Source: Acidobacteriota bacterium (GTDB taxonomy: Bacteria; Acidobacteriota; UBA6911; RPQK01; JAJDTT01). Taken from it: a DNA stretch of 64,000 nt. This document shows positions 10,198 to 21,851 of the stretch, in pieces. The notes under the pieces are model-generated. The model did not search any database. It was not told the origin of the DNA and was given only the letters and a program-made list of their open reading frames with translations. Position 1 is the stretch's first letter, and every line of letters begins with the position of its first letter. The translations under genes and the position numbers were made by a program. The stretch spans positions 3,808,001 to 3,872,000 of the forward strand of contig OZ242374.1 in assembly GCA_965209055.1 (NCBI GenBank), read 5' to 3'.

Positions 10198-13100
10198 CTA
10201 CTGGAGATAGATGAAGCTCTTCAGGTTGAAGATAACGTGGGCAAGATCGGCCCAGACTCCTCGGTCCGTGAGAACCAGATGCTGCCGCGTCTTCCGCTGC
10301 TCGATGACCGTGTCGAGATACCCTTCGAGGTGGGAAGCCTCCTGGGCGGTGGGTTCCCGGCCCAGGGCCTTGAAGAACATGTGGTGGATGCGGGACGAGA
10401 CGGTGATGCTCTCACCGCCCGCCAGATGCTTTCCCCAGGACTCGGCCTGGTGCCAGGCGAAGGGACTGTTGAGCAGGGTCAGGGATTGGGTCGGGTCGTT
10501 GGTCTGATCCCGTTGGCCCCGGGTGCTGGCAGGTTTGGGTTGCCCGAAGGTCTCCAGAAAAGAGTTGTAGGCGTTTCGCCGAATCTCCTGGTAGATGCTG
10601 CGCCTCTCGGACCCGTCAGGGGAGCCCGACGGCCCGAGTCCGGTGCTCTTGTCCTTCTCGGTTTTGCGTTGGATCGGTATCGAGGGTCCGTACAGCGTTG
10701 GGTCGAGACTTCCGGAGATGCGCAGCATGGCGTCGCGGATCTCCTCGGCTTCAAGCCGTCTCAGGTTGGCATGCTGGTGGAGCCGGTTGGCAGGGTCCTT
10801 TCGGAGCGCCTTCGCGGAACCCTGGCTGCCCATGCGGTAGGTTCGGGAGGTGACCAGCCGGCGCACCATGCTCTTGATGGAAGATCCCTCCTGCATGAAT
10901 CGATGGGCCAGGTGATCCAGGAGTTTGGGATGTGTGGGCGGCTCGCCCAACTTGCCGAAGTTGTCCGTGGTGCGCACCAGGCCGTATCCGAACAGGTAGC
11001 GCCAGATCCGGTTTACCATCACCCTGGAGGTCAGGGGGTTGTCGGTGGCGGTGAGGTCCCGGGCCAAGTCCAGGCGGACACGCTCCGGATCGGGGTAGGG
11101 AAGGCTTCCCAGGGCCGTAAGATAGCGCCTGGGTACCGGTTCACCGTGAGCATCCTGGTCCCCGCGGACCAGGAAGGGATGGTCCGGCGCCGCTTCGTCC
11201 AGGATGGAAGGGGCGCGCCGGGGAACCGGCACCTTGGACTCGACTTCCCGATATTGGGCCAAGAGGGAATCCAGGGAGGGGAGCCGGTCCAGGGACCGGG
11301 ACAGCAGGTCGGCGCGGACGAACGCGTCCAGATACGCGGCCTGCAGCTCGGAAGCGCCGCCGTCCCGCCAGGCTTCGACGGCCTCCACCAGGCGGCGGAC
11401 CAAGCGCTCGGCCAGCTCGGCGGTCGATCGAGGCGGCAGGCCGCGGAGCAGGTAGAGAACCGGCGGGCGCGTCTCTCTGGGCGTCTCCTTGGTCTCGTGA
11501 AACAGGATCCGGCTGGCACCGATGGCGGAACGGCCGTCGGTGAGCTTCTCCGCCTTGGTTCTGGTCTCGGCGGAGTCGTATCTGACGAGTGTGACGTCGT
11601 CCCGGGTGGCCAACTCGATATAGGCGGAGAATCCTTTCCAATAGGCCACGTCCCATTGGACCCATTCCATCCGGTCCGTTTTAAGGACGTGCCGCATGTG
11701 GTAGATGCCGCCTCGGGGGGCGGCGTAGTTCTCCACGATCAACTGGGCGAAGCTGAAGTCCGATCCGAGGACGCTGAGGCTGATGAAATTGCTGTCGATG
11801 GTGAAGCGGGGCGACTGGATCACGCCGTTGTGCTTGGCCGAAAGGAGATGGGTGTAGACACCCCCGGGATAGATGCCGCTGAGGATCCGTTTCCCTTCGG
11901 CGGCCACGGAGAACTCGCCCGGAGGGGACGGTTCGGGAGGAAGTCCGGTTCCGTGGCCGATCCACTCCCCGTAACCGGGGCCGGACAGATCCCAGCGAAC
12001 CTGAAACTGTTCCCGGTTGAAGCCTCTGCCGGTGCGGACCCGGTTGTCCCATTCCTCCTTCAAGGCGCCCCACTCCTGACGAAATTCGGCTCCATTCTTG
12101 CCGGCCAGGCGAATCCACGCCGCCAGGGGGCTGCCCGGTTCGCACCGTGTCTCCTTCAGTGCGCGGTTCAACGCCTGCTCGGCGACCGGGACTTCGGCAG
12201 CCTTGTCCCCGTCTGTTTCGACCGGAGCCGCCTCGGCCTCCGGGGCCGCCGGATCAGCGGCAGATTCCGGTGAAGTTTCAGTTTCGCAGGGAGAGTCGCC
12301 TGATTTATTGAAGGCTTCCTGCGGCGCTTCCAACAGCGTGGAGGTTAGCGCCGAAGCTTCCTGGATCCAGATTTCAGCCAGCTTCAGCCGGATTTCCTCC
12401 TTCAACTCCGAGAGCTGGCCCCGGCCCCAATCCAGGCGCTCCGGGTCGTCAATGGCCCGCTGGGTCGGCCGGGCTCCATAGAGCACGCCGTACAGGGCGT
12501 AGTAGTCATCTTGGCTGATGGCGTCGAACTTGTGGTCGTGGCAACGCGCGCACGAGATGGTGAGCCCCTGAAATGCCTTGGAAACGACGTCGACCTGGTT
12601 GTCGGTCCACTTGATGCGGTCTCCCAGCGGGTCCACCGGCTGGAACCCGTGCTCCACCATGCGGAAGTGAGCCGTGGCCAGGAGGGACTCGTTGATCCCC
12701 AGGGCCGGGTTCATCCGGGGCGAGGGGAGCAGGTCGCCGGCCAGGTGTTCCCGGATCAACTGGTCGTAAGGGACGTCTGCGTTCAGGGCCCGAATCAGGT
12801 AGTCGCGGTAACGCCAGGCGTATGGCGCCTTGGGGTCGCCCTGACTTCCGTGGGATTCGGCATAGCGGATCACGTCCATCCAGTGACGGGCCCAGTGCTC
12901 TCCGAAGTGGGGCGAGTCCAGGAAGTCGTCCACCAGGTTTACGTAGGCCCGTGGAGAGGGATCGGCGACGAAGGTTTGGACCTCTCCAGGGAGGGGTGGA
13001 AGCCCACGCAGATCGTAGGAAAGGCGCCGGATGAGCGTGTATCGGTCCGCCGCCGGCGCCGGTTCCAACCCCTCCTGCTCCAGCCGGGCCAGGATGAACC

Positions 13101-13617
13101 GGTCCATGGGCTGACGCGGCCAATCGGTGTCGGCCACCGCAGGTGGCGGGACGGACCGGACCGGTTGCCAGGCCCAGTGGCTGCGCTTGCGGGCTTCCAG
13201 GTCGAAGCCGTCGGCCGGCGCCTCGGAAGCTTGTTCAATATCGGGCCAAGCGGCTCCCATCTTCACCCATTCGATGAGCGACTGGATCTGGGCATCCGAC
13301 AGGGCGCCGGTGGGCGGCATCAGCGCAGGACGGCCTTGAACCCGTTGGATCAAGGAGCTCTCCTCCGGCTTGCCTGCAACCACGGCCGGTCCCGAGACGC
13401 CTCCCTTGATCAGGTCTTCCCGCCGGTCCAGGCGCAACCCGGCAAATGGCGTCGCCGTCTCGGCGCTGTGGCATTCGTAGCAGTGGTTGGCCAGCAGGGG
13501 GCGGATTTCTTTTTCGAAGAATTCCAGGGAGGCGGGATCCGTAGGTGCGGCCGGAGCGGCAGTCAGGCAGACGAAGAATGCGGAACCTAAACTCAACCTT
13601 GGCAATTGGCTCTTCAT
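10198..13617 (-). CDS. PSD1/planctomycete cytochrome c protein (DUF1549/DUF1553), copy 1
   Basis: [52 protein letters not shown]; start trimmed to MKSQL signal peptide. Confidence 0.92.
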   Translation of the reverse strand: MKSQLPRLSLGSAFFVCLTAAPAAPTDPASLEFFEKEIRPLLANHCYECHSAETATPFAGLRLDRREDLIKGGVSGPAVVAGKPEESSLIQRVQGRPALMPPTGALSDAQIQSLIEWVKMGAAWPDIEQASEAPADGFDLEARKRSHWAWQPVRSVPPPAVADTDWPRQPMDRFILARLEQEGLEPAPAADRYTLIRRLSYDLRGLPPLPGEVQTFVADPSPRAYVNLVDDFLDSPHFGEHWARHWMDVIRYAESHGSQGDPKAPYAWRYRDYLIRALNADVPYDQLIREHLAGDLLPSPRMNPALGINESLLATAHFRMVEHGFQPVDPLGDRIKWTDNQVDVVSKAFQGLTISCARCHDHKFDAISQDDYYALYGVLYGARPTQRAIDDPERLDWGRGQLSELKEEIRLKLAEIWIQEASALTSTLLEAPQEAFNKSGDSPCETETSPESAADPAAPEAEAAPVETDGDKAAEVPVAEQALNRALKETRCEPGSPLAAWIRLAGKNGAEFRQEWGALKEEWDNRVRTGRGFNREQFQVRWDLSGPGYGEWIGHGTGLPPEPSPPGEFSVAAEGKRILSGIYPGGVYTHLLSAKHNGVIQSPRFTIDSNFISLSVLGSDFSFAQLIVENYAAPRGGIYHMRHVLKTDRMEWVQWDVAYWKGFSAYIELATRDDVTLVRYDSAETRTKAEKLTDGRSAIGASRILFHETKETPRETRPPVLYLLRGLPPRSTAELAERLVRRLVEAVEAWRDGGASELQAAYLDAFVRADLLSRSLDRLPSLDSLLAQYREVESKVPVPRRAPSILDEAAPDHPFLVRGDQDAHGEPVPRRYLTALGSLPYPDPERVRLDLARDLTATDNPLTSRVMVNRIWRYLFGYGLVRTTDNFGKLGEPPTHPKLLDHLAHRFMQEGSSIKSMVRRLVTSRTYRMGSQGSAKALRKDPANRLHQHANLRRLEAEEIRDAMLRISGSLDPTLYGPSIPIQRKTEKDKSTGLGPSGSPDGSERRSIYQEIRRNAYNSFLETFGQPKPASTRGQRDQTNDPTQSLTLLNSPFAWHQAESWGKHLAGGESITVSSRIHHMFFKALGREPTAQEASHLEGYLDTVIEQRKTRQHLVLTDRGVWADLAHVIFNLKSFIYLQ

Positions 13618-13621
13618 GGCT

Positions 13622-13657
13622 GACGCCGAAATGGGGGACAAGAATGTCCCCCCTCCT
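13622..13657. repeat. REP downstream of DUF1501 copy 2
   Basis: GACGCCGAAATGGGGGACAAGAATGTCCCCCCTCCT. Confidence 0.75.
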
Positions 13658-13658
13658 A

Positions 13659-15122
13659 TCAGGCCAGAATACCCTGGATCACATGCCCATGGACGTCGGT
13701 GAGCCGGAAGTCCCGGCCTCCGAAGCGGTAGCTGAGCGCCTGGTGATCGAGACCCATGAGATGGAGGATGGTGGCGTGGAGATCGTGGATGGTCTGCCGG
13801 TTCTCCACCACCCGGTAGCCGTACTCGTCGGTGGCTCCGTAGATGAATCCCTTCTTGAGGCCGCCTCCGGCCAGCCAGAGGCTGAATCCGAAGGGATTGT
13901 GGTCCCGCCCGTCCGTGCCCTGGACGAACGGCGTCCGGCCGAACTCGCCCGAGAAGATGACCAGGGTCTCGTCCAGCAGGCCCCTGGCCTTGAGGTCCTT
14001 GACCAACGCCGCTATCGGCTGGTCCACTGCCAGGGCGTTGGAGCCGTGCCCGTGAACCAGCTTGGCGTGCTGGTCCCACGGGTTGCTCATGCCCCCCTGA
14101 CCGTCGCCCCGGACCATGGTGAGCTCCACGAAACGCACGCCGCGTTCCACCAACCGTCGAGCCACCAGGCACTGGCGGGCGTAGGCGGCTTTGGCAGGAT
14201 TCGCGGAATCGATGCCATACAGTTTACGGGTGGCGGGAGTCTCTCCACTCAGGTCCACCAGCTCGGGCACCGAACTCTGCATCCGGTAAGCGGTCTCGTA
14301 GTTGCGGATGGCGGCTTCGACTTGGGAGTGTCCGGCGGTACCCGCCAGGAATTCCCGATCCAACTCGTTGATGAACGAGAGCTTTCGCCGCTGGAGGGGG
14401 CCGGATTCGCGGGGACGGATGTTGCCGAGAGGATCCTGGCGTTCGGGAAAGATGAACGAACCCTGGTGGACGGCCGACAGGAAACCGTTGCCGAAGATGC
14501 TGATGCCTCCGAGAGGGATGCCGCCGCTGCCCAGCACCACGAAACCGGGCAGGTTCCGGTTCTCGCTGCCCAGGCCGTAGCTGATCCAGGCGCCCATGCT
14601 GGGGAACCCGGCAAAGGGCGTCCCGGAGTGGAAGTAGAAATTGGCCTGGGCGTGAGCCATGAACTTGGCGGTCATGGAACGGATCACCGTCAACTCGTCG
14701 GCCACGCTGCCGATGTGGGGGAAGAGGTCGCTGACGGGGATTCCGCTGCTCCCGTAGCGTTTGAACTTCCAGGGGCTGGGCATGATGTTGCCGTCCATGT
14801 TGAACATGGTCCGTTCGGTCTTGAACGGCATCGGCTCGCCGGCTTCCTTGTCCAAGCGGGGCTTGGGATCGAAGGAGTCGACGTGGGAAAGCCCACCCGA
14901 CAGGTAGCAGAAGATGACGTTGCGAACCCGGGGCTGATGATGACTTGGCTTCGGGGCCAGCGGATTCTCGGGTGGGGCGGGGACCAGGCCCGCGTAAGCC
15001 GGATCGGCCATGAGGGCCGAGAGGGCCAGCATTCCGAATCCCGTGGAGGTCTGGCGCAGCATCTTGCGGCGGGAGAAACCGGGTTGGAAGCAGGGTGTCC
15101 GGCCGGGCGTCAGCGTCGACAT
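13659..15122 (-). CDS. DUF1501 family protein, copy 2
   Basis: Same motifs as 8690-10153; start at MSTLT before SRRKML Tat motif. Confidence 0.92.
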   Translation of the reverse strand: MSTLTPGRTPCFQPGFSRRKMLRQTSTGFGMLALSALMADPAYAGLVPAPPENPLAPKPSHHQPRVRNVIFCYLSGGLSHVDSFDPKPRLDKEAGEPMPFKTERTMFNMDGNIMPSPWKFKRYGSSGIPVSDLFPHIGSVADELTVIRSMTAKFMAHAQANFYFHSGTPFAGFPSMGAWISYGLGSENRNLPGFVVLGSGGIPLGGISIFGNGFLSAVHQGSFIFPERQDPLGNIRPRESGPLQRRKLSFINELDREFLAGTAGHSQVEAAIRNYETAYRMQSSVPELVDLSGETPATRKLYGIDSANPAKAAYARQCLVARRLVERGVRFVELTMVRGDGQGGMSNPWDQHAKLVHGHGSNALAVDQPIAALVKDLKARGLLDETLVIFSGEFGRTPFVQGTDGRDHNPFGFSLWLAGGGLKKGFIYGATDEYGYRVVENRQTIHDLHATILHLMGLDHQALSYRFGGRDFRLTDVHGHVIQGILA

Positions 15123-15168
15123 CACCATCCAGTCTACTGCGGAACCGTCCGCCGGTCGAGAGCCGGAA

Positions 15169-15301
15169 GGAGGGGCGATTTCCAATCGCCCGGTCTTCGT
15201 CGCCGCTCTGCTACGGGGAGCCCGGCGGTCGGGAACCCGCCGTGCCAACGGGCGACAAGGATGTCGCCCCCCCTGGTCGGCGGTTGGGAAACCGCCGCTC
15301 C
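15169..15301. repeat. REP/BIME-like cluster
   Basis: GGGCGATTTCCAATCGCCCGGTCTTCGTCGCC, GGCGACAAGGATGTCGCC, GGCGGTTGGGAAACCGCCGCTCC. Confidence 0.8.
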
Positions 15302-15361
15302 GCTCCGCTCCCATCCTTTTTCTACCGGGGAATTGCCGGGCATGGGCCGGTGGGGGAGTTC

Positions 15362-18300
15362 CTACTGGACATAAATGAAATTCTTCAAGTTGAAGAGGGC
15401 ATGGGCGAGGTCGGTCCAGATCCGCTGGTCGGTGAGGATCAGATGCTTGCGCGTCTTCCGCTCGGCGATCAGCGAGGAGAGATACTCCTCGGCTCGGGCC
15501 GCCTCGAGAGGGGAGGGTTCCCGGCCCAGGGCCTTGAAGAACATGTGGTGGATACGGGTGGTGGCCGTGTTGCCCTCCCCGGCGGCCAGATGTTTGCCCC
15601 ACGCCTCCGCCTGATGCCAGGCGAAGGGGCTGTTGAGCAGGGTCAAAGATTGAGCCGGGACGTTGGTCTGGTCCCGTGTCCCGAGAGTGCTGGCGGGCTT
15701 GGGCAGGCCGAATGCTTCCAGAAAGGGGTTGTAAGCATTGCGCCTGATCTCCTGGTAGACGCTGCGTCTCCCGGCGCCATCCAGGGGCCCGGGCGGCACG
15801 AACCCTTTGCTCTTGAGCTTCCCGATCTCGTGGTAGACGGGAATGGAGGGTCCGAACGCCTTCGGGTCCAGGCTCCCGGAGACGCGCAGCATGGCGTCGC
15901 GGATCTCTCCGGCGTCCAGTCGTCTCAGGTTGGCATGCTGGTGGAGCCGATTGGCCGGATCCTCCCGGAGGGAATCGGCGGATGCCCCGCTGCTCATGCG
16001 GTAGGTCCGGGACGTGGCCAGCCGGCGCACCATGCTCTTGATGGAATAACCCTCCTCCACGAACTGGTTGGCCAGATGATCCAGGAGTTCCGGATGTGTG
16101 GGCGGGTCGCCCAACTTTCCGAAGTTGTCCGTGGTGCGGACGATTCCGTATCCGAACAGGTGCCGCCAGATGCGGTTGACCATCACCCGGGCCGTTAGCG
16201 GGTTGTCGGGTGAGGCGAGGTCTCGGGCCAAGCCCAGGCGCACCCGGCCGGGATCGGCGTAGGGAACGCCATCCAACGCCGTCAGATATCGTCGGGGCAC
16301 GGGCGCGCCGCGAGCGTCCTGGTCCCCGCGGACCAGGAACGGATGATCCGGCGCCGCTTCCTCCAGGACGGAGGGGGCGCGCCGGGGAACCGGCACTTGG
16401 GATTCGATTTCTCGGTATTGGGTCAGGAGTGCGTCCAGGGAGGGGAGCAGGTCCCGGGAACGGGACAAAACGTCCGCTCGAACGAACGCGTCCAGATACG
16501 CGGCCTGAAGCTCGGATGCTCCGCCGTTCCTCCAGGCTTCGATGGCCTCCACCAGGCGGCGGCCCGTTCGCCGGGCCAGATCTTCGGGTGAGCGGGGCGC
16601 CGCGCCCCGGAGCAGATAGAGCAGGGGAGGACGCGTTTCTCTGGGCGTCTCCTTCGTCTCGTGGAACAGGATCCGACTGGCGCCGATGGCGGACCGGCCA
16701 TCGGTGCGCTCTTCCGGCTGGGTTTTGAACTTCTTGGAGTCGAAGTAGATCTTCGTGACATCGTCCCGGGTGGCCAACTCGATGTACGCGGTGAATCCCT
16801 TCCAGTACGCCACGTCCCATTGAACCCATTCCATGCGGTCCGTTTTGGGGACGTGCCGCATATGGAAGATAAGGCCTCGAGGAACGGCATAGTTCTCCAC
16901 GATCAACTGGGCGAAGCTGTAGTCCGATCCGAGGACGCTGAGACTGATGAAATTGGTGTCGATGGTAAAGCGGGGAGACTGGATCACCCCGTTGTGCTTG
17001 TCTGAAACGAGGTGGGTGTAGACACCCCCGGGATAGATACCGTTGAGGACCCGTTTGCCGTCGGCGGCCACCGAGAACTCGCCTGGCCGGGACGGTTCGG
17101 CGGGAAGTCCGGCGCCGTGTCCGATCCACTCGCCATAGTCGGGGCCGGACAGATCCCACCGGACCTGGAAGTGCTCGCGGTTGAAGGCTTCTCCGGTGCG
17201 GATCCTGGTGTCCCATTCCTCTTTCGAAGCGGCCCATTCCTGGCGGAAGGTGTCGCCTTCCTTGCCCGCCAGGCGAACCCAGGCCGCCAGCGGACTTCCA
17301 GGTTCGCAGCGGGCTTCCGCCAATGCCCGATGAAACACCTGGCCGGCAGCCGACTCCGCGGTTCCGGCGCCCTTTGTCTCATCCGTCTCGACGGGAGCTG
17401 CCGTGGTCTCCGGGGACGCCGGATCATCGGGCGAGCCCGGTGGCGCCGCAGGCTTGCACGGAGAATCCGTTGGGTTGGCGAAGGCTTCGCGCGGTGTCTC
17501 CAACAGCTTGGAGCTCAGGGCGGACGCCTCCCGGATCCAGGCGCCGGCCAGCTCCTGGCGGATCTCTTCCTTCAGGCCGGTCAGCTCGCTACGGCCTCGA
17601 TCGAGACGCTCCGGATCGTCGACGGCCCTCTGAGTCGGCCGGGCTCCGTAGAGCACTCCGAATACGGCGTAGTAGTCCTCCTGACTGATGGCATCGAACT
17701 TGTGGTCGTGGCAGCGCGCACACGAGATGGTGAGTCCCTGAAACGCCTTGGAAAGGACGTCGACCTGGTTGTCCGTCCACTTGATTCGGTCTTCCAGCGG
17801 GTCCACCGGCTGGAACCCGTGCTCCACCATGCGGAGGTGAGCCGTGCCCAGGAGGGATTCGTTGATGCCCAGGGCCGGGTTTATCCTGGGGGAGGGAAGC
17901 AGGTCTCCTGCCAGATGTTCCCGAATCAACTGGTCGTAGGGGATGTCGGCGTTCAGGGCCCGTATCAGGTAGTCGCGGTAACGCCAGGCGTAGGGTGTGT
18001 CCGGGTCGCCTTCGCTGCCGTGGGACTCGCTGTAGCGGACCAGGTCCATCCAGTGGCGGGCCCAGTGTTCCCCGAAGTGAGGTGAGTCCAGGTAGTCGTC
18101 CACCAATTCCTCGTAGGCTCGTGGAGAGGGATCGGCGACGAAGGCGCGGACCTCTCCGGGGAGGGGTGGGAGTCCCCTCAGATCGTAGGAAAGGCGCCGG
18201 ATCAGAGTGTACCGGTCCGCGGCCGGCGCCGGTTCCAGACTTTCCTGCTCCAGTCTGGCCAGGATGAACCGGTCCATGGCGTGCAACGGCCAATTCGAGT

Positions 18301-18787
18301 CGGTCACCGCCGGCGGGGAGACGGAGCGAACCGGCTGCCAGGCCCAGTGGCTGCGTTTTCGGGCTTCCAGGTGGAATCCTTCACCCGAATCCGCCGAGGC
18401 CGTCGCGGGATCGGTCCAGGGGGCTCCCATCCTGACCCATTCGATGAGCGACTGGATCTGTGCATCCGAAAGCGCTCCGGTGGGAGGCATCAGGGCCGGC
18501 CGGCCCTGGACCCGGTGGATCAAGGGGCTCTCGTCCGGTCTGCCTGCAACGATGGCCGGTCCCGAAACGCCCCCCTTGATCAGGTCGTCGCGCCGGTCGA
18601 GCCGCAGACCGGCGAAAGGTGTCGCAGTATCGGCACTGTGGCATTCGTAGCAGTGGTTGGCCAGCAGGGGACGGATCTCTTTTTCGAAGAATTCCAGCGA
18701 GGCGGGATCAGAAGGGGAGGCGAGAGCGGCGGTCAAGCAGAGCAAGAGCGTGGAACCTGCGCCCAAGCTTGGAGAAAAACTATTCAT
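15362..18787 (-). CDS. PSD1/planctomycete cytochrome c protein, copy 2
   Basis: Colinear paralog of 10198-13617 with CYECH and CARCHDHK. Confidence 0.92.
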   Translation of the reverse strand: MNSFSPSLGAGSTLLLCLTAALASPSDPASLEFFEKEIRPLLANHCYECHSADTATPFAGLRLDRRDDLIKGGVSGPAIVAGRPDESPLIHRVQGRPALMPPTGALSDAQIQSLIEWVRMGAPWTDPATASADSGEGFHLEARKRSHWAWQPVRSVSPPAVTDSNWPLHAMDRFILARLEQESLEPAPAADRYTLIRRLSYDLRGLPPLPGEVRAFVADPSPRAYEELVDDYLDSPHFGEHWARHWMDLVRYSESHGSEGDPDTPYAWRYRDYLIRALNADIPYDQLIREHLAGDLLPSPRINPALGINESLLGTAHLRMVEHGFQPVDPLEDRIKWTDNQVDVLSKAFQGLTISCARCHDHKFDAISQEDYYAVFGVLYGARPTQRAVDDPERLDRGRSELTGLKEEIRQELAGAWIREASALSSKLLETPREAFANPTDSPCKPAAPPGSPDDPASPETTAAPVETDETKGAGTAESAAGQVFHRALAEARCEPGSPLAAWVRLAGKEGDTFRQEWAASKEEWDTRIRTGEAFNREHFQVRWDLSGPDYGEWIGHGAGLPAEPSRPGEFSVAADGKRVLNGIYPGGVYTHLVSDKHNGVIQSPRFTIDTNFISLSVLGSDYSFAQLIVENYAVPRGLIFHMRHVPKTDRMEWVQWDVAYWKGFTAYIELATRDDVTKIYFDSKKFKTQPEERTDGRSAIGASRILFHETKETPRETRPPLLYLLRGAAPRSPEDLARRTGRRLVEAIEAWRNGGASELQAAYLDAFVRADVLSRSRDLLPSLDALLTQYREIESQVPVPRRAPSVLEEAAPDHPFLVRGDQDARGAPVPRRYLTALDGVPYADPGRVRLGLARDLASPDNPLTARVMVNRIWRHLFGYGIVRTTDNFGKLGDPPTHPELLDHLANQFVEEGYSIKSMVRRLATSRTYRMSSGASADSLREDPANRLHQHANLRRLDAGEIRDAMLRVSGSLDPKAFGPSIPVYHEIGKLKSKGFVPPGPLDGAGRRSVYQEIRRNAYNPFLEAFGLPKPASTLGTRDQTNVPAQSLTLLNSPFAWHQAEAWGKHLAAGEGNTATTRIHHMFFKALGREPSPLEAARAEEYLSSLIAERKTRKHLILTDQRIWTDLAHALFNLKNFIYVQ

Positions 18788-18927
18788 GGCTGAACCCGGT
18801 TTCGACCCCGAGGGCTCTCCGTTGCTGCCGGAAAGTGTAGCGACGGTGGACGGCCCAGGGCAAGGAATCCAAGGACAACTCGTGTCTCACGATGAATCGA
18901 ATTGCTGTTGGCTGCGGTCCTGCAGGT

Positions 18928-20592
18928 CTACCAGGACTTGCGAATCCGGATGGGTGTGTCCGCGCCTGAGGGATTGAGCACAATGGTGACGCTTGTCGAT
19001 TCCTGGAGTTCGAGACGAGTTTCCAAGCTCTCCGCGTTCGGCGGACTTAAAGAGAGAATATAGGTCTGAGGTTCCAGACCGTTGACCCGGAAATGCCCGT
19101 CCGATGGGGAGACGTCTGCGAACATTGGATCGAATAGAAAGGGACGGACTTCGTGTTGGGGAGCGGTTGGAGACAACCGGAGGGAGAATTCTCTTATCGG
19201 CTCATTATCTCGGTTCATGACGCAACCAGACAACGAAAGTCCAGGATGCAAGGGTATCGTGACGAGTTGACTCGCAGGAGCAATCAAGGCGGATTCATAG
19301 GTAACGTACTCGCGATGAGCGACCAGTATCCGGTGTTTTCCCGGAGGAACGCCTGGAATCTTGAAAGTGCCGTCCGATGAGGTAAGAGCACCGAGTCCTG
19401 TACCCTGTTCGAACCTGACGAAGACCTGTGCAGCCGTCACAGACAGACCCTCATCGTTGACAACGACGCCTTGGACCGTCGATTGCCCGACCAGGATCAA
19501 GTCGATTTCATTGTTCCTGCTTGGCTCAACCGTCAGGATCTTGGCTCCAATGGCCGAAGCAAATCCATCAGCGTAAGCGGAAATCCGATATTTGCCCCGG
19601 TGCACTCTGGAAAAGAAGAATTCTCCCGTCAGGTCGGTCGACGACTCTCCAAGACTGTGGGGAAGTTGACTATTTGGCTCAAAGTCGCTGAGACCGACGG
19701 TCGCTTCGTGAATCGGATTTCCGTCCGCATCCCACACGTGACCGGATACGGAGCCCAATTCCGCATCCGGCACTCGATGCATCGTGATGACCACCTCCTC
19801 ATCCAGGGGCAAGGTCACAGGAACGCGAGCAGCAAGTTCATGCCCAGGATGCGCGGCCTCGGCGAAGAATGTCCCGGAAACAGGCGGCTTGGGCATCAGG
19901 AAACGGCCTGAGTGGTCACTCTGGACCATTGACTTCTTGGTGAACCGCCCTGGGGTCTCTTCTTGCAGCCAGACGGCCGTTCCAGCGATCCCTCGGGAGT
20001 GACGGTCCACGACTCTGCCCCGAAGTTCCACCTGGGGTGTCATCAGGATTTTTTGGTACAGGTCTCCCTCAGCAGGAGCAACGAGCAGTCGGCCGGTGTA
20101 ATAGCTCCAGTAGCTGTCTGCCTCGGCACGGAGCGTGTGCCGCCCTGCACGGTGGACGGTCATCTGAAACCTGCCGTCGTGACCGCTGACGGCTTCGGTC
20201 CGCTCGTCCCCGTTTCCAACCGGAGATACTGTGATGCGTGCGTCTTGTATTGCAGTGCCATCCTCGCTGTCTACGACGATGCCGGTGATGGTCGATTGCA
20301 ATGCGCGCCGTTTCTCCGTGCCAATAGATTGCGGAGGCCTGCCTTGGTTTGGAACGGATTCGTCTGGAACTGCCGATGTCGAACCTTCGAGCCTGACATG
20401 CCCTCGCTCTGCCTCTCTATTGCGCACTGAGCCAGAATCCCGGTCTCCATCGTCACGAGTCTCCTGCGGAGTGAGATTGACCGCATTTGAGGACTCTTCC
20501 CGTGGTCTATGCAAAATGACCCACAGGCAGAAAATCAGAACCAGGATGCTGATCCCGGTGAGGATGAACCGGGGCCGGGATGGCTTTCTCAT
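18928..20592 (-). CDS. Membrane-anchored protein with repeated carboxypeptidase-regulatory-like (Cna-B-like) domains
   Basis: N-terminal TM; repeated GxVVDxxGxxI motifs followed by DGxF. Confidence 0.75.
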   Translation of the reverse strand: MRKPSRPRFILTGISILVLIFCLWVILHRPREESSNAVNLTPQETRDDGDRDSGSVRNREAERGHVRLEGSTSAVPDESVPNQGRPPQSIGTEKRRALQSTITGIVVDSEDGTAIQDARITVSPVGNGDERTEAVSGHDGRFQMTVHRAGRHTLRAEADSYWSYYTGRLLVAPAEGDLYQKILMTPQVELRGRVVDRHSRGIAGTAVWLQEETPGRFTKKSMVQSDHSGRFLMPKPPVSGTFFAEAAHPGHELAARVPVTLPLDEEVVITMHRVPDAELGSVSGHVWDADGNPIHEATVGLSDFEPNSQLPHSLGESSTDLTGEFFFSRVHRGKYRISAYADGFASAIGAKILTVEPSRNNEIDLILVGQSTVQGVVVNDEGLSVTAAQVFVRFEQGTGLGALTSSDGTFKIPGVPPGKHRILVAHREYVTYESALIAPASQLVTIPLHPGLSLSGCVMNRDNEPIREFSLRLSPTAPQHEVRPFLFDPMFADVSPSDGHFRVNGLEPQTYILSLSPPNAESLETRLELQESTSVTIVLNPSGADTPIRIRKSW

Positions 20593-20644
20593 AACCCGAG
20601 AACCAGTGTTGGATTTCGTCTAGAATACCTGTTCATAGGGAGCC

Positions 20645-21817
20645 ATGGGAATCCACCGCCCCTACCTGTCGGCAACCATCGGACTCACGACCGCCATCAT
20701 GACTTTGATGACCGCATGCTCCAGTTCGGAGGCAGTCATGGTCGACTGGTCCGCGGGAGATTTCCAAACCGTTCTGGAGTCCAGCGTGCGGCAGCTTCGA
20801 TCGGACACGGGTCTCACCGGCGTCGCCGCCGCCGTGATGACCGCTGGCCGGTTCAAGGGTGTGGCCGTCGACGGCGAACGCCGTCGAGGCTCAGGAATCC
20901 CGGTGACCATAAACGACCGTTGGCACGCTGGCTCGATAGCCAAGTCGATGACGGCGACATTGATCGCGGTTCTGGAAGACGAAGGCGAAGTGTCCATCGA
21001 CAAGTCTCTGCCCGAGTTGTTGCCCGAAATCAAAATGGCCGGCGGCTGGCGTCCCTGCACGCTGAAGCACCTGTTGACCCACGCCGCCGGCGCGCCCGCC
21101 AACTTTCCGATGACGGTCTTGAAGGTGTGGCCCGGCACCGCGGAAGAACTCGTCGCCGCGAGACGCCAATTCATCGCCGAGATTCTGGCCGAGGAACCGG
21201 AATCCCCCTGCGGAGAGCGCTACTCCTATTCCAATGTCGGTTACACCATCGTCGGCCATATCGCGGAGACCATCGCCGGTAAGCCTTACGAATCCCTGAT
21301 GAGGCAGAAGGTGTTCCTCCCCCTGGAACTGAACAGCGCGGGATTCGGCCCGCCGAAGGGGGACGAGCCGAACCAGGAACCGCTCGGTCATATGAAGTTG
21401 CTGTGGTTGCGGTACGCCCTCGATCCGTTCGAATGGCCCGCCGACAATACACCCGTTATGGCGCCGGCCGGAGGGGTGCATCTGAGCATCCGGGATTTGG
21501 CGTGTTACGGCGCCATCCACCTCGAGGGAGCAAACGGGACTGCAACCTCCATCCTTCCTCAGGAGAACTGGGAACGCCTGCATACGCCTTTTCTCGAGGA
21601 CTACGCACACGGTTGGGTCCGATACCAGCGGGAATGGGCGGGAGGACCGTTGATCTGGCACAACGGCAGCAACACGCTCTGGTACGCCTTGCTGATGCTG
21701 CTGCCCGCCAGGAACACGGTTCTGGCGTTTGCGACCAACGATGGCGCGATCGAGGAAGCGGAGAAAGCATTTGTCGGATTGGCCCGGCAGTTGAGCGAGG
21801 GGACGCCGGCATCGTAA
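20645..21817 (+). CDS. Serine hydrolase, beta-lactamase class C-like family
   Basis: GSIAKSMTA (SxxK), LLTHAAG, YSYSNVGY, HNGSN. Confidence 0.9.
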   Translation: MGIHRPYLSATIGLTTAIMTLMTACSSSEAVMVDWSAGDFQTVLESSVRQLRSDTGLTGVAAAVMTAGRFKGVAVDGERRRGSGIPVTINDRWHAGSIAKSMTATLIAVLEDEGEVSIDKSLPELLPEIKMAGGWRPCTLKHLLTHAAGAPANFPMTVLKVWPGTAEELVAARRQFIAEILAEEPESPCGERYSYSNVGYTIVGHIAETIAGKPYESLMRQKVFLPLELNSAGFGPPKGDEPNQEPLGHMKLLWLRYALDPFEWPADNTPVMAPAGGVHLSIRDLACYGAIHLEGANGTATSILPQENWERLHTPFLEDYAHGWVRYQREWAGGPLIWHNGSNTLWYALLMLLPARNTVLAFATNDGAIEEAEKAFVGLARQLSEGTPAS

Positions 21818-21851
21818 TCACGATTGGCGCGCACAGAACCTTAGCTGGGGC

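Noticed and set aside
10120-12273. Long antisense ORFs (also 4666-6312, 8387-9991, 49768-52089, 52083-53534)
   Set aside because: They mirror well-supported genes on the opposite strand and have no recognisable motifs.
13618-14172. N-terminal extension of the 1324-aa ORF
   Set aside because: Overlaps DUF1501 copy 2 in another frame; the signal peptide starts at 13617.
15123-17237. 1192-aa ORF as a PSCyt-DUF1501 fusion or frameshift product
   Set aside because: The upstream part is an alternate-frame shadow of PSCyt copy 2 running through REPs; stop-poor GC-rich DNA explains it.
8690-18787. DGR-like template/variable repeat relationship between the duplicates
   Set aside because: No reverse transcriptase in the window, and differences are not adenine-specific.
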